From positions 1-29,442 of IMG/VR virus record IMGVR_UViG_3300033067_000453: a DNA stretch of 29,442 nucleotides, one strand, 5' to 3'. This DNA comes from a virus (Duplodnaviria; Caudoviricetes). A program made the position numbers and the translations under genes. Under the pieces are notes generated by a model. It was not told the origin of the DNA, did no database searches, and saw nothing but the letters and a program-made list of their open reading frames with translations. Position 1 is the stretch's first letter; the number at the start of each line of letters is the position of its first letter. Below are positions 15,744 through 25,304 of the stretch, in pieces.

Positions 15744-17494
15744 TGCCGCGCGTACCAGCCACCACCGGGCCGACCATCGGCGACCAGCCCCTGTCCAGTG
15801 CAGGGTTGTCCCGCACCAACCCGCAACCGGTGATCAACCAGCAGGCCGCCGACTTCGGCCGCCAGCTGCAGGACGTGGGCGCAGCCATCCAGGAGCGCCA
15901 GGACGCGGACCTGATCATGCGGGCCGAAACCGACATAAAGGGTAAATACCTAGAGTGGGAAGGTCAGGCCAAACAGCGCAAGGGTCAGCAGGCCTGGGGC
16001 GTGGCGAAGGAAGCCGCTGAATGGTGGGACAAGGAAGGCGCGCAGGTCTCTGACGGCCTGCAGAACCCGATTCAAAAACGGCTGTTCGCTCAGACCGTGG
16101 CGAAAATGCGCGCGCAAAGCATGGGCCAGTTCGCCGGGTACGAGGCGGGCCAGCGGCGCGAGTCGCTGGACGCATCGGCGCAGGCGTCCATCGTCGGGTC
16201 CATCAACCTGGCCGCGGCGAACCCCGGCAACGGCGAGCTGCTGACATCGGCCAAACAGGACATCCTGCGCCGCACCGACATGCTGGCCAAGCTGAACGGA
16301 TGGGACACGGCCGTCAAGGATGTGAAGCAAGCCGAGTACCTGACCAACTTCCACAAGCAGGTGATTCAGGGCCTGGTGCGTGACAACCCGGCCGCCGCTG
16401 AAACCTACTTCCAGACCAACAAGGCCGAGATCGAAGGCAGCCAGCACGCCGAGGTGGGCGCGTTCGCGCAGAAGGCCACGGCCACCCGCCTGGGCGACAG
16501 CGCAGCCGATGCTACATGGCAGGCCCTGGGGCCGAAGTCTGACCGTGATCCGGTGACGCTGGACGTCATGGAGCAGGCCGTGCGCAAGCAACTGGCCGAC
16601 AAGCCCGAGGCCATGCGCGCAGCCCTCGCCGGGCTGAAGGAGCGCGCTGTCGCGTTCAAAGACAGCCGGCGCGAGCGCGACGACCAGCTGGAGGCCAGCG
16701 TCAACCAGGCGATTCTGGACGGGAAGTCCGCGCGCGAGATCCGCAGCATGCCGTCGTTCCTGAGCCTGTCGCCCGAGTCGGCTCGCAAGATCGTGGACTT
16801 CATGGAAAGCCGGGCCCTGCGCCACGAGCAGCGCGCCGCGGCGCAGGAGTCGCGCGCGGACGCCGCCGAGGCGCGCGGCCAGCGCCGCATGGCCCGCGAA
16901 GGCATGGGTGCCTACCTGCAGTACAGCAACCCCGACACGCTGCGCAGCATGACCGAGGCGCAGGTGTTGAACCTGCTGCCCACGCTGGGCAACGACCTGA
17001 CGCGCGACCTGATGGAAAAGCGCCGCACGCTGAACAACCCGGCCAAGCTGGCCGAGGCACGCATGGACACGGACGATTTCAACCACATCGCCCAGCAGAT
17101 CGGCATTGACCCCTTCCGCACGGCCAACCGTGCCCAGGTGGGCGAACTGCGCTACCGGGTTGAGCAGATGATCAGCGCGGCCCAGCAAGGCGGCAACAAG
17201 GCGCTGACCCGCGACGAGAAAATGAACCTGATGCGCCAGGAGATGGCGCGCACCGTGACCGTGGACGGCTGGTTCAGCAGCGCCAAGGACGTGCCGGTCA
17301 TCGCCCTGAAGCCCGAGGACATCAAGAACGTGGTCGTGCCCGCAGCCGACCGGCGCGAGATCGCCGACGGGCTGCGCGCCATGGCGCAAAAGTTCCCCAA
17401 CGACCCGCGTTTTGCCGCCACCGAGGACAACCTCAAGCGGTGGTATCTCAAGGGTAAATCACCCGCTGCCGGCCTGATCCCCGATGCCAAGTAA
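15743..17494 (+). CDS. Internal virion/ejection protein 2 (T7 gp15 position)
   Basis: MPRVP N-terminus, predicted all-helical, 583 aa, TGATG coupling, between gp14-like gene and the giant gene. Confidence 0.78.
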   Translation: MPRVPATTGPTIGDQPLSSAGLSRTNPQPVINQQAADFGRQLQDVGAAIQERQDADLIMRAETDIKGKYLEWEGQAKQRKGQQAWGVAKEAAEWWDKEGAQVSDGLQNPIQKRLFAQTVAKMRAQSMGQFAGYEAGQRRESLDASAQASIVGSINLAAANPGNGELLTSAKQDILRRTDMLAKLNGWDTAVKDVKQAEYLTNFHKQVIQGLVRDNPAAAETYFQTNKAEIEGSQHAEVGAFAQKATATRLGDSAADATWQALGPKSDRDPVTLDVMEQAVRKQLADKPEAMRAALAGLKERAVAFKDSRRERDDQLEASVNQAILDGKSAREIRSMPSFLSLSPESARKIVDFMESRALRHEQRAAAQESRADAAEARGQRRMAREGMGAYLQYSNPDTLRSMTEAQVLNLLPTLGNDLTRDLMEKRRTLNNPAKLAEARMDTDDFNHIAQQIGIDPFRTANRAQVGELRYRVEQMISAAQQGGNKALTRDEKMNLMRQEMARTVTVDGWFSSAKDVPVIALKPEDIKNVVVPAADRREIADGLRAMAQKFPNDPRFAATEDNLKRWYLKGKSPAAGLIPDAK

Positions 17495-20400
17495 CTACGC
17501 CGCCACCATGCAGGGTGACGGTGCTGCCGCGCCGTCCAAGTACCTGGGCCTGATGCAGGCCGAGGCATCAGACGACCGCGCGCGCTTCGGCGCTGCAGCT
17601 TCGCAAGCGATTGGGGTAAACCCCGATGAAGTGGCCAAGGCCCGGAAAACAGCCGAATTCCTGGGCGTGCACCCAGGCGTGGTCGAGGCCGCGCCGCAGG
17701 ACAGCATGCGCGCCGCCGTGCTGAAAAAGCTGGACGCCGACACGGCCGCCGCGCCGGTGCTGCGCCAGCGGTACACGGATGCTGACTTTGCCAAGCTGGC
17801 CAGCGACGACAGCGGCGTGCTGTCGGGGCTGGAGTCCGTGGTGCGCCGCATGATGAACGGCGGCACGCAGCGGCTGCCGCAGGCCCAGCCGTCGGTGATG
17901 TCGGGCGTGGAGTTTGGCAACGCCGTGCGCCGCCAGATCGAGCTGAATCCTGCACTGGATGCCGACACGGCCCGCGCCTTGGTGGGGCAGGGCGTGACCA
18001 TCGACAACGGCCCGCTGATGGGTCCCAGCCGCGGCCCGGCGCCGTCGGTGCGGTCAGTGCTGGGCGGCATCTTCAACGTGGAACGGTTGCGCGCGACCAG
18101 CGCCGGCATGAGCGTAGCAGCTGCGGACCTGCTGGGCCTGGACAACAGCGGCCCGCTGAAACGGTACGAGCGCGCCACCAGCCGCGCGCAAGCTGCAGAT
18201 CCAGCATTCGAGACCAGCACCGGCCAAGGCATCTACAGCGGCGCCGTCAGCACGGTGCAAAACGCCCCCGGCCTGGCGCTGTCGGTGCTGACCGGCAACC
18301 CGCTGCCCGGCCTGGCCGTGGCATACGGCCAGGTGGGCGGTGAGGCCTACGGCAAATACCGGGCGCGCGGCGCCACGGCGGGCCAGGCTGGCGCCGGTGC
18401 GCTGCTGGAGGGTGGTATCGAGGTGGCCACCGAACTGCTGCCCATGCGCTTCATGGTGGACCGCCTGGGCAAGGCCGGGGCCACCGAGTTCGTCAAGGGC
18501 CTGCTGGCCCGCGAAGTACCGACCGAACAGCTCGCCACGCTGGCGCAGGACGCCGTGGACGCGGCCATCGCCAACCCGGACAAAACCTGGGCGCAGTACA
18601 TTGCCGAACGCCCGGACGCGGCCTACCAGACCCTGCTGGCCACCATCGTGCAGGGCGGTGCGATGGGCGCGGTGAACACTGTGGCGGGCAAGCTGGCGCC
18701 CGAGCGCCGCGCAGCGGACCAGGCCGAGCGCGCCGCCGCTGACATGGCCGAAGTGGTCAGGCTGATGGAGGCCTCGAAACTGCGCGCGCGCGACCCCGGC
18801 ACGTTCAACGCCTACATGCAGGCCCTGGCCGATGACGGGCAGGTGCCCGCCGAGCTCTACGTGGACGCGCAGCAACTCGCCAACACGCTGAACCAGAGCG
18901 CGATCAGTATTGAACAACTGCGCGCCTTCGCGCCCACCATGGCGGCCCAACTGGAGGCGGCCAGCTTTGTGCCGGGCGCGGACGTGCGCGTGCCCGTGGC
19001 CGAACTCGCCGCCGCCGGGCCAGAGATCACCACGCCCCTGATTGACCACCTGCGCGCCAGCGAAACGGCCATGAGCCGCGTCGAGGCGCAGGAATACCTG
19101 ACCGCCGAAGGCGACAGCATCCGCGCTCAGGTGGAAACCCTGCTGGCCGAACAGCAGGACGCGGCGACCTTCCGCCAGCAGGTGGCCGACACCGCCGCGC
19201 AGTTCCAGCAGCAACTGGACGCCGTGGGCAAGTTCCGGCCCGAGGTGAACAAGGCCTATGCGGGCCTGCTGGGCAACTTCTATGCCGTGCAGGCCCTGCG
19301 CGCTGGCGTGCCGCTGCCTGAGTTTCTGGACCGGTATCAGCTGCGGGTGACGGGCACGGATGTGAAGGGCGGGCAGCGTCTGGAGCAGGCGGCACCGGAC
19401 ACGCCAGAGTTCAAAGCCTGGTTCGGTGACAGCAAGGTGGTTGGCGCCGAGGGCAAGCCGCTGGTGGTGTATCACGGGACGACTGCGGAAATTTCTGCGT
19501 TCCAGCAGAACAAGGCCACCGAGAAAGACGCAGGCTGGTATGGGCGAGGCATCTACTTCACCGCCGACCCCGATACCGCGAGCACCTATTCCCGGTATGA
19601 AGAATTGCAGGGCAAGGAATTGAGCGGCGCGCCGCTCGTGATGCCGGTCTATGTGTCCATCCAAAACCCCTACGTTTGGCCGGCTAACCGCCGCGCCGCA
19701 ACGACGCCAGAGGAGGCTGCAGCTATTCGTAAGGATCTGGAGGCGCAAGGCCACGATGGCGTGATCGTTCCGAATGAATACGCAGACCCCCGCTATGCAG
19801 GCCACTATGAGGTGGTGGCCTTCCGCCCCGAGCAGATCAAGAGCGCCACCGGCAACCGTGGAACCTTCGACCCGAACGACCCTAACATCCTGAACCAGCC
19901 CGCATACCACGGCAGCCCGCACGACTTCGACAGGTTCAGCACGGACAAGATCGGCACGGGCGAAGGTGCGCAGGCTTACGGACACGGCCTCTACTTCGCC
20001 GAGAACAGGTCAATCGCAGAGCACTATCAGCGCACTCTTTCAGGCGACGGGTATGGCATCGTCAAGATAGACGGCCGACAGCAGCACAACGACCCAGAGC
20101 ACGGGAACATGATGGTGCTGGAGGTCGACGAGCGACCGGCAACAACGCTGCGGGGCAAGGAGGGCTATGCCCACATGCGCGCCTGGCTTCAGCAGTGGGT
20201 TGCCAATACGCACGGCCCCGGACAGCAGGCGCGACTCGCGCTAGATTGGCTGGCCGAGGCGGAAACCGCCGGCAAGACCATCGAGGTGCCGGGTCGCGAC
20301 CAGCAGGGGCGGCTGTATCAAGTCGAGATTCCCGACGACGTGGTGGCGCGCATGCTGCTGTGGGACAAGCCACTGAGCGAGCAGCCTGAAGCCGTGCGCG

Positions 20401-23400
20401 CCGGGCTTGCAAAGCTCGCGGCCGACTACGGCTACCAGTACGCGGACAACTACACCGGCGCAGATGCGTACAAGGCGCTCACGTCTGATGCAAATGCCGA
20501 TGGCACCAGGGGCGACCGCGGCGCGCAACAAGCCGCTTCAGAACTGCTCGAGGCGGTGGGCGTGCGGGGCGTCAAGTACATGGACGGCCAAAGCCGCAAC
20601 CGCCCGCTGAAGGAGATCAAGCGCGAGTTTCTGGAGCAGTTGCCCGAGGACGCCGACTTCGACGAGGTGCTGGACCTGGTCGGCTCTGGCCAGTTCTCGC
20701 CGACGAACGATGCCATCCTGACGGCGCTGGCAGCCAATGACTGGCTGGGCTTCGACTTCCCGGCCCAGGCGATCAGCGCCGCCCTGAGTGACAAGCTGGC
20801 CGACTTCGATGCTTCTGCCGAACTGGTTCAGGCCGTTGCCGCTGCGCGCGAGGGCGCTACTTTCAACTTCGTCGTCTTCAACGACAAGAACGTCCAGCTG
20901 ACCCACAAGGACGGCAGCCCGGTCACCAAGGCCGAGCGCGCCGAGTTCTTCCAGGCTGCGCAAGGCGGCAATCGCGGCGCCCTGTCCTTCGGGCAAGACA
21001 TCACCGCCAGCCCCAGCGTGATCGCCCTGCTGCAGGGCGCGGACCTGTCCACCTTCATTCACGAGTCGGGCCACTTCTTCCTGGAAGTGCAGGCCGACCT
21101 GGCCGCCAAGATCCAGACCCAGATCAGCAGCGGCGAGTCCGTTAGCGATGCCGAGCGCGGCATGGTGGACGACTTCAACCGCATCCTGACCTGGTTCGGC
21201 GTCACGGCTGACGCGCAGAGCAGCGCGCTGGACCGCTGGGTGATGATGTCGCTGGAGGAAAAACGCCCCTACCACGAGCAGTGGGCGCGCGGTTTCGAGC
21301 GTTACGCCATGGAGGGCAAAGCCCCGAGCCTGGAGCTCCAGACCCTGTTCGCGCAGTTTCGCGCGTGGCTGGTGCGGGTGTACAAGACGCTGACCAGCCT
21401 GGACGTCAAGCTGACCGACGACGTGCGCGCCGTGATGGACCGCATGCTGGCCAGCGACACGGCCATCGCCGAGACCCAGGCCGCGCGCGCCATGGGCCCG
21501 CTGTTCCAGACCCCCGAGCAGGCCGGCATGACACCAGACGAGTTCGCCGCTTACCAGGCCCTGGCTGAACGCGCCACGGCCAGCGCCAGCGCCGAGCTGG
21601 ACGCCCGGCTGATGCGCGACATGCGCTGGCTGTCCCGCGCGCGCGACAAGGCCCTGAAGGCCGCCCAGGCTGAAGCGAACGACAAGCGGGCCGAAGTGCA
21701 GCGCGACGTGCGCGCCCAGGTGATGGCCGAGCCCATCTACCGGGCTTGGGCTTTCCTGACTGGCAAGGCCGAGCGTGTGGACCGGGGGCCGGACATCAAG
21801 CCCACCGGCGAGGAGGTGGACAACCTGTTCACCGCCATAGCCAAGCTGGGCGGGCTGGATCGTGCCGAAGTCAAAAAGCAATGGGGCATTGACGCCAAGG
21901 AAAAGCTGGATTCCGGCGTGTTCGGTTCGCCGGTGGTGCGCAAGGATGGCGGCCTGTCCATCGACGCGATGGCCGAACGGCTGGTCGAGGCCGGGTATTT
22001 GCTGCCGGACGAAAACGGCAAAGCCGACCTGGCCAAGTTTGAGGCCCTGTTCGATGACCAGCGCCGGGGCATCGACCGCTACAGCATCCGCAAGAACTAC
22101 GCCGACGCTGCCGGCGAGATGCCGGTGGAGGCTCTGGACCTGCCTGCCGTGGCCAGCGGCCGCCTGCGCAGCAGCATGGTCAAGGCGATGAACCCCCAGG
22201 CCTACGACCGCCTGTCCAAACTGCGCATGACCAGCGAGGAACGCGGCATTGACCCCGACATCGTGGCGGAAACCTTCGGTTTCCCGTCCGGCCAGCAGCT
22301 GGTGGAAACCCTGCGCATCACTCCCACGCCGGCCGCCGTGATCGACGAACTGACCGACTTCGAGATGCTCCAGCGGTACGGCGACATTGCCAGCAAGGAA
22401 GCACTGGACCGCGCCGCCGACGAGGCGGTGCACAACGAGCTGCGCGCGCGCGTGATCGCCAACGAGATGAAAGCCTTGGCCAAGGCAAACAAGGTGACCG
22501 AATCGGGCGGCAGTCTGGTCAAGCAGCGCGACACGGTGAACGTCATGGCGCGCGCCGCGCAGGACTACGCTGCCCAGGTGATCGCCCGCCAGCAGATCAA
22601 AAACCTGCGCCCCAAGCAGTACGCCGCCGCCGAAGCCCGAAGCGCCAAGCTGGCCGGGCAGACCATCGGCAAAGACCTGGCCGAGGCGGCCATGCACAAG
22701 CGCAACCAACTGGTGAACAACTACGCCACCAAAGCTGCCTACGGCGCGCAGGACGAGGTGCGCAAGGGCGTGGAGTTCTTCCGCAAGGTGCTGCGCGGTA
22801 ATCGCGACACGATCATCAAAACCCGCGATTGGGACGTGGTGCAGGCCGCCCGCGCTGTGCTGGCCGAATACGGTCTGGGCAGCAAGGGCGAATCCGCGCA
22901 GAGCTACCTGAAGGCCGTGGCCGAAAACGATCCGGGCATGTTCAACGTGCTGCGCGACAAGATCGACGCTCTGACCGTCAACGCCCGCCCGCTGAATGAG
23001 CTGACCGTCGAGGAATTCCGGGGGCTGGTGGAGGAAATCCAGGGCCTGTGGTACCTGGCCAAGCGCAGCCGCCAGGTGGAGATCGACGGTCAGCTGATCG
23101 ACATCGAGGCTGCCAAACTGCCGCTGGTGCAGCGCATGGAGGCCATCGGCGTGCCCGACCGAGTGCCCGGCGAAGGCATGGCCGTGACGGACGCCGAGCG
23201 CCGCGTGGCGCGCATCCGCACGGCCTGGGCTGCGCTGCGCCGCGTGGAGTCGTGGACGGGCGCCAAGGACGGCGCCGACATGGGCCCGTTCCGCAAGTAC
23301 ATCTGGCAGCCGGTGAAGGAGGCCGCCGACCGCTACCGCACCGACCGGGCCAAGTACCTGAAGCAGTACCGCGATCTGCTGGCCGGGCTGGACGTGGGCC

Positions 23401-25262
23401 GCGCGCGCATCGACGCCCCGGAGTTGGGCTATACCTTCGGGTATTCCCGTGGTGGTTCGGGCAAGGCGGAAATCCTGCACGCCCTGCTGCACACCGGCAA
23501 CACCTCCAACAAGCGCAAGCTGCTGCTGGGCCGGGGCTGGGCCACGGAAAACGAGCAGGGCGTGCTGGACACCAGCCGGTGGGACGCGTTCCTGCGGCGC
23601 ATGATCGACCAGGGCGTGCTGACCAAAGCGGACTACGACTTTGCCCAGGGCGTGTGGGACATGCTGGAGAGCATGAAGCCGCTGGCCCAGAAAGCACACC
23701 GGGACGTGTTCGGCCGCTATTTTGACGAGGTGACGTCCGACCCATTCACCACGCCGTTTGGCGAGTATCGCGGGGGTTACGTGCCCGCCATGATGGATCC
23801 CGAGGTGGTCAAGGACGCGGCCACGCGCAAGCTGCAAGAAGACGAAAGCCAGACGCTGGCCTATGCCTTCCCGGCCACCAACCGGGGCTTCACGAAAACC
23901 CGCGTGGAAAACAACAAGCCCCTGCTGCTGGATCTGCGCACGCTGTCGCAGCACATCGACAAGGTGCTGCTGTTCAGCCACCTGGAGCAGCCGGTGCGCG
24001 AAGTGCGCAAGGTACTGGGCAGCAAGGCCGTCAGCACGCCGCTGCACCGCCTGGACCCGGCCGCGTTCGACAGCCTGCTGACCCCGTGGCTGAACCGCGC
24101 CGCGCGCCAGGCGGTGGAGACCCCGGTGCCCGGCGACAACGGCATGATGCGGTTTTTCAGCCTGGCACGCAGCCGCGCCGGCATGGCCGCGATGTTTGCC
24201 AACGTGGCGAACACCGCCCAGCAGGTCACCGGCCTGAGCATCGCCGCGGTGAAGGTGCGGCCGCGCTACCTGGTGGGCGCCATGGCCGACTATGTCAAGG
24301 CGCCGCGCCAGTTCGTGCGCGCCGTGGCCGACGTGTCGCCCTACATGGCCACCCGGATGGACAACGAGGTCGCGCAGATGAACGACGCGATCAACGACAT
24401 CCTGCTGAACCCCAGCGTTTACGACAAGGCCCAGGCCTGGACCGCCAAACACGCCTATTTCATGCAGTCGGCGGTGGACAACGTGATCGGCCCGGTGGTG
24501 TGGACCGGGGCCTACAACCAGGCACTGGAGGCCGGGCAGACCGAGCAGGACGCCCGCCGCATCGCGGACGCGGCCGTGCGCGAGACCCAGGGCAGCACGC
24601 TGCCCGAGGATGTGAGCCGCTTTGAAACTGGCAACGCCTTCGTGCGGCTGTTCACCCAGTTCGCCGGGTACTTCAACATGCAGGCCAACCTGCTGGGCAC
24701 GGAGTTCGCCAAAGCCCAGCACGATCTGGGCCTGCGCAAGGGCATGGGCCGGGGGCTGTACGTGTTCACGCTGGGCTTTCTGGCACCGGCCATGGTCAGC
24801 GAGCTGATCGTGCAGGCTTTCCGGGGCGGCCCAGGCGACGAGGACAAGGACGGCGAAACCCTGGACGATTGGCTGATGGCCGTGTTGGTGATGGGCAACG
24901 TGCGCGCCGCGCTGGGCATGGTCCCGGTGGCCGGGCCCACGATCAACGCCGGCATGAACGCTTTCAACGATAAGCCCTACGACGACCGGATCAGCACCTC
25001 GCCCGCGGTCAGCATGGTGGAAAGCGCGGTGCGGTCACCGGCCAGCGTGTACAACGCGGTGGTCGAGGATGGCAGCGCGCGCAAGGCCGTGCGCGATGTG
25101 GCCACGCTGATCAGCCTGACCACGGGCCTGCCCGCCAATGCCATCGCGCGGCCGGCAGGCTACCTGGCCGGCATGGCCGAGGACCGTATCGAGCCCACCA
25201 GCGTGCCCGACGCTGCGCGCGGCCTGGTAACGGGCACCCCGAGCCCCGACTCCAAACGTTAG
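17484..25262 (+). CDS. Giant internal virion/ejection polyvalent protein (2592 aa) with two ART-PolyVal-like domains and an HExxH metallopeptidase motif
   Basis: Position of the T7 gp16-type gene. FKAWFGDSKVV..GKPLVVYHGT..GIYFT..EVVAF..QIKS..GNRGTFD (19398-19898); YHGSPHDFDRF..IGTGEGAQAYGHGLYFAE..NFVVF (19905-20954); DLSTFIHESGHFF (21060-21074); GGYVPA and hydrophobic C-terminal helices. Confidence 0.9.
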   Translation: MPSNYAATMQGDGAAAPSKYLGLMQAEASDDRARFGAAASQAIGVNPDEVAKARKTAEFLGVHPGVVEAAPQDSMRAAVLKKLDADTAAAPVLRQRYTDADFAKLASDDSGVLSGLESVVRRMMNGGTQRLPQAQPSVMSGVEFGNAVRRQIELNPALDADTARALVGQGVTIDNGPLMGPSRGPAPSVRSVLGGIFNVERLRATSAGMSVAAADLLGLDNSGPLKRYERATSRAQAADPAFETSTGQGIYSGAVSTVQNAPGLALSVLTGNPLPGLAVAYGQVGGEAYGKYRARGATAGQAGAGALLEGGIEVATELLPMRFMVDRLGKAGATEFVKGLLAREVPTEQLATLAQDAVDAAIANPDKTWAQYIAERPDAAYQTLLATIVQGGAMGAVNTVAGKLAPERRAADQAERAAADMAEVVRLMEASKLRARDPGTFNAYMQALADDGQVPAELYVDAQQLANTLNQSAISIEQLRAFAPTMAAQLEAASFVPGADVRVPVAELAAAGPEITTPLIDHLRASETAMSRVEAQEYLTAEGDSIRAQVETLLAEQQDAATFRQQVADTAAQFQQQLDAVGKFRPEVNKAYAGLLGNFYAVQALRAGVPLPEFLDRYQLRVTGTDVKGGQRLEQAAPDTPEFKAWFGDSKVVGAEGKPLVVYHGTTAEISAFQQNKATEKDAGWYGRGIYFTADPDTASTYSRYEELQGKELSGAPLVMPVYVSIQNPYVWPANRRAATTPEEAAAIRKDLEAQGHDGVIVPNEYADPRYAGHYEVVAFRPEQIKSATGNRGTFDPNDPNILNQPAYHGSPHDFDRFSTDKIGTGEGAQAYGHGLYFAENRSIAEHYQRTLSGDGYGIVKIDGRQQHNDPEHGNMMVLEVDERPATTLRGKEGYAHMRAWLQQWVANTHGPGQQARLALDWLAEAETAGKTIEVPGRDQQGRLYQVEIPDDVVARMLLWDKPLSEQPEAVRAGLAKLAADYGYQYADNYTGADAYKALTSDANADGTRGDRGAQQAASELLEAVGVRGVKYMDGQSRNRPLKEIKREFLEQLPEDADFDEVLDLVGSGQFSPTNDAILTALAANDWLGFDFPAQAISAALSDKLADFDASAELVQAVAAAREGATFNFVVFNDKNVQLTHKDGSPVTKAERAEFFQAAQGGNRGALSFGQDITASPSVIALLQGADLSTFIHESGHFFLEVQADLAAKIQTQISSGESVSDAERGMVDDFNRILTWFGVTADAQSSALDRWVMMSLEEKRPYHEQWARGFERYAMEGKAPSLELQTLFAQFRAWLVRVYKTLTSLDVKLTDDVRAVMDRMLASDTAIAETQAARAMGPLFQTPEQAGMTPDEFAAYQALAERATASASAELDARLMRDMRWLSRARDKALKAAQAEANDKRAEVQRDVRAQVMAEPIYRAWAFLTGKAERVDRGPDIKPTGEEVDNLFTAIAKLGGLDRAEVKKQWGIDAKEKLDSGVFGSPVVRKDGGLSIDAMAERLVEAGYLLPDENGKADLAKFEALFDDQRRGIDRYSIRKNYADAAGEMPVEALDLPAVASGRLRSSMVKAMNPQAYDRLSKLRMTSEERGIDPDIVAETFGFPSGQQLVETLRITPTPAAVIDELTDFEMLQRYGDIASKEALDRAADEAVHNELRARVIANEMKALAKANKVTESGGSLVKQRDTVNVMARAAQDYAAQVIARQQIKNLRPKQYAAAEARSAKLAGQTIGKDLAEAAMHKRNQLVNNYATKAAYGAQDEVRKGVEFFRKVLRGNRDTIIKTRDWDVVQAARAVLAEYGLGSKGESAQSYLKAVAENDPGMFNVLRDKIDALTVNARPLNELTVEEFRGLVEEIQGLWYLAKRSRQVEIDGQLIDIEAAKLPLVQRMEAIGVPDRVPGEGMAVTDAERRVARIRTAWAALRRVESWTGAKDGADMGPFRKYIWQPVKEAADRYRTDRAKYLKQYRDLLAGLDVGRARIDAPELGYTFGYSRGGSGKAEILHALLHTGNTSNKRKLLLGRGWATENEQGVLDTSRWDAFLRRMIDQGVLTKADYDFAQGVWDMLESMKPLAQKAHRDVFGRYFDEVTSDPFTTPFGEYRGGYVPAMMDPEVVKDAATRKLQEDESQTLAYAFPATNRGFTKTRVENNKPLLLDLRTLSQHIDKVLLFSHLEQPVREVRKVLGSKAVSTPLHRLDPAAFDSLLTPWLNRAARQAVETPVPGDNGMMRFFSLARSRAGMAAMFANVANTAQQVTGLSIAAVKVRPRYLVGAMADYVKAPRQFVRAVADVSPYMATRMDNEVAQMNDAINDILLNPSVYDKAQAWTAKHAYFMQSAVDNVIGPVVWTGAYNQALEAGQTEQDARRIADAAVRETQGSTLPEDVSRFETGNAFVRLFTQFAGYFNMQANLLGTEFAKAQHDLGLRKGMGRGLYVFTLGFLAPAMVSELIVQAFRGGPGDEDKDGETLDDWLMAVLVMGNVRAALGMVPVAGPTINAGMNAFNDKPYDDRISTSPAVSMVESAVRSPASVYNAVVEDGSARKAVRDVATLISLTTGLPANAIARPAGYLAGMAEDRIEPTSVPDAARGLVTGTPSPDSKR

Positions 25263-25264
25263 CC

Positions 25265-25296
25265 GTATGCGCGAAGCGGGGGCGGGCCTTGAGACT
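25265..25296 (+). promoter_or_regulatory. Putative late promoter, copy 5: GTATGCGCG-N17-GAGACT
   Basis: Fills the 42-nt gap between the giant gene and the tailspike; ATG lies 9 nt after the hexamer. Confidence 0.8.
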
Positions 25297-25304
25297 TTAA
25301 GGCC

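Noticed and set aside
20538-24722. 1394-aa minus-strand ORF (also 18054-19985, 15950-17389, 9370-10650 and others)
   Set aside because: Antisense shadows of GC3-biased + strand genes; no motifs, and they fully overlap well-supported genes.
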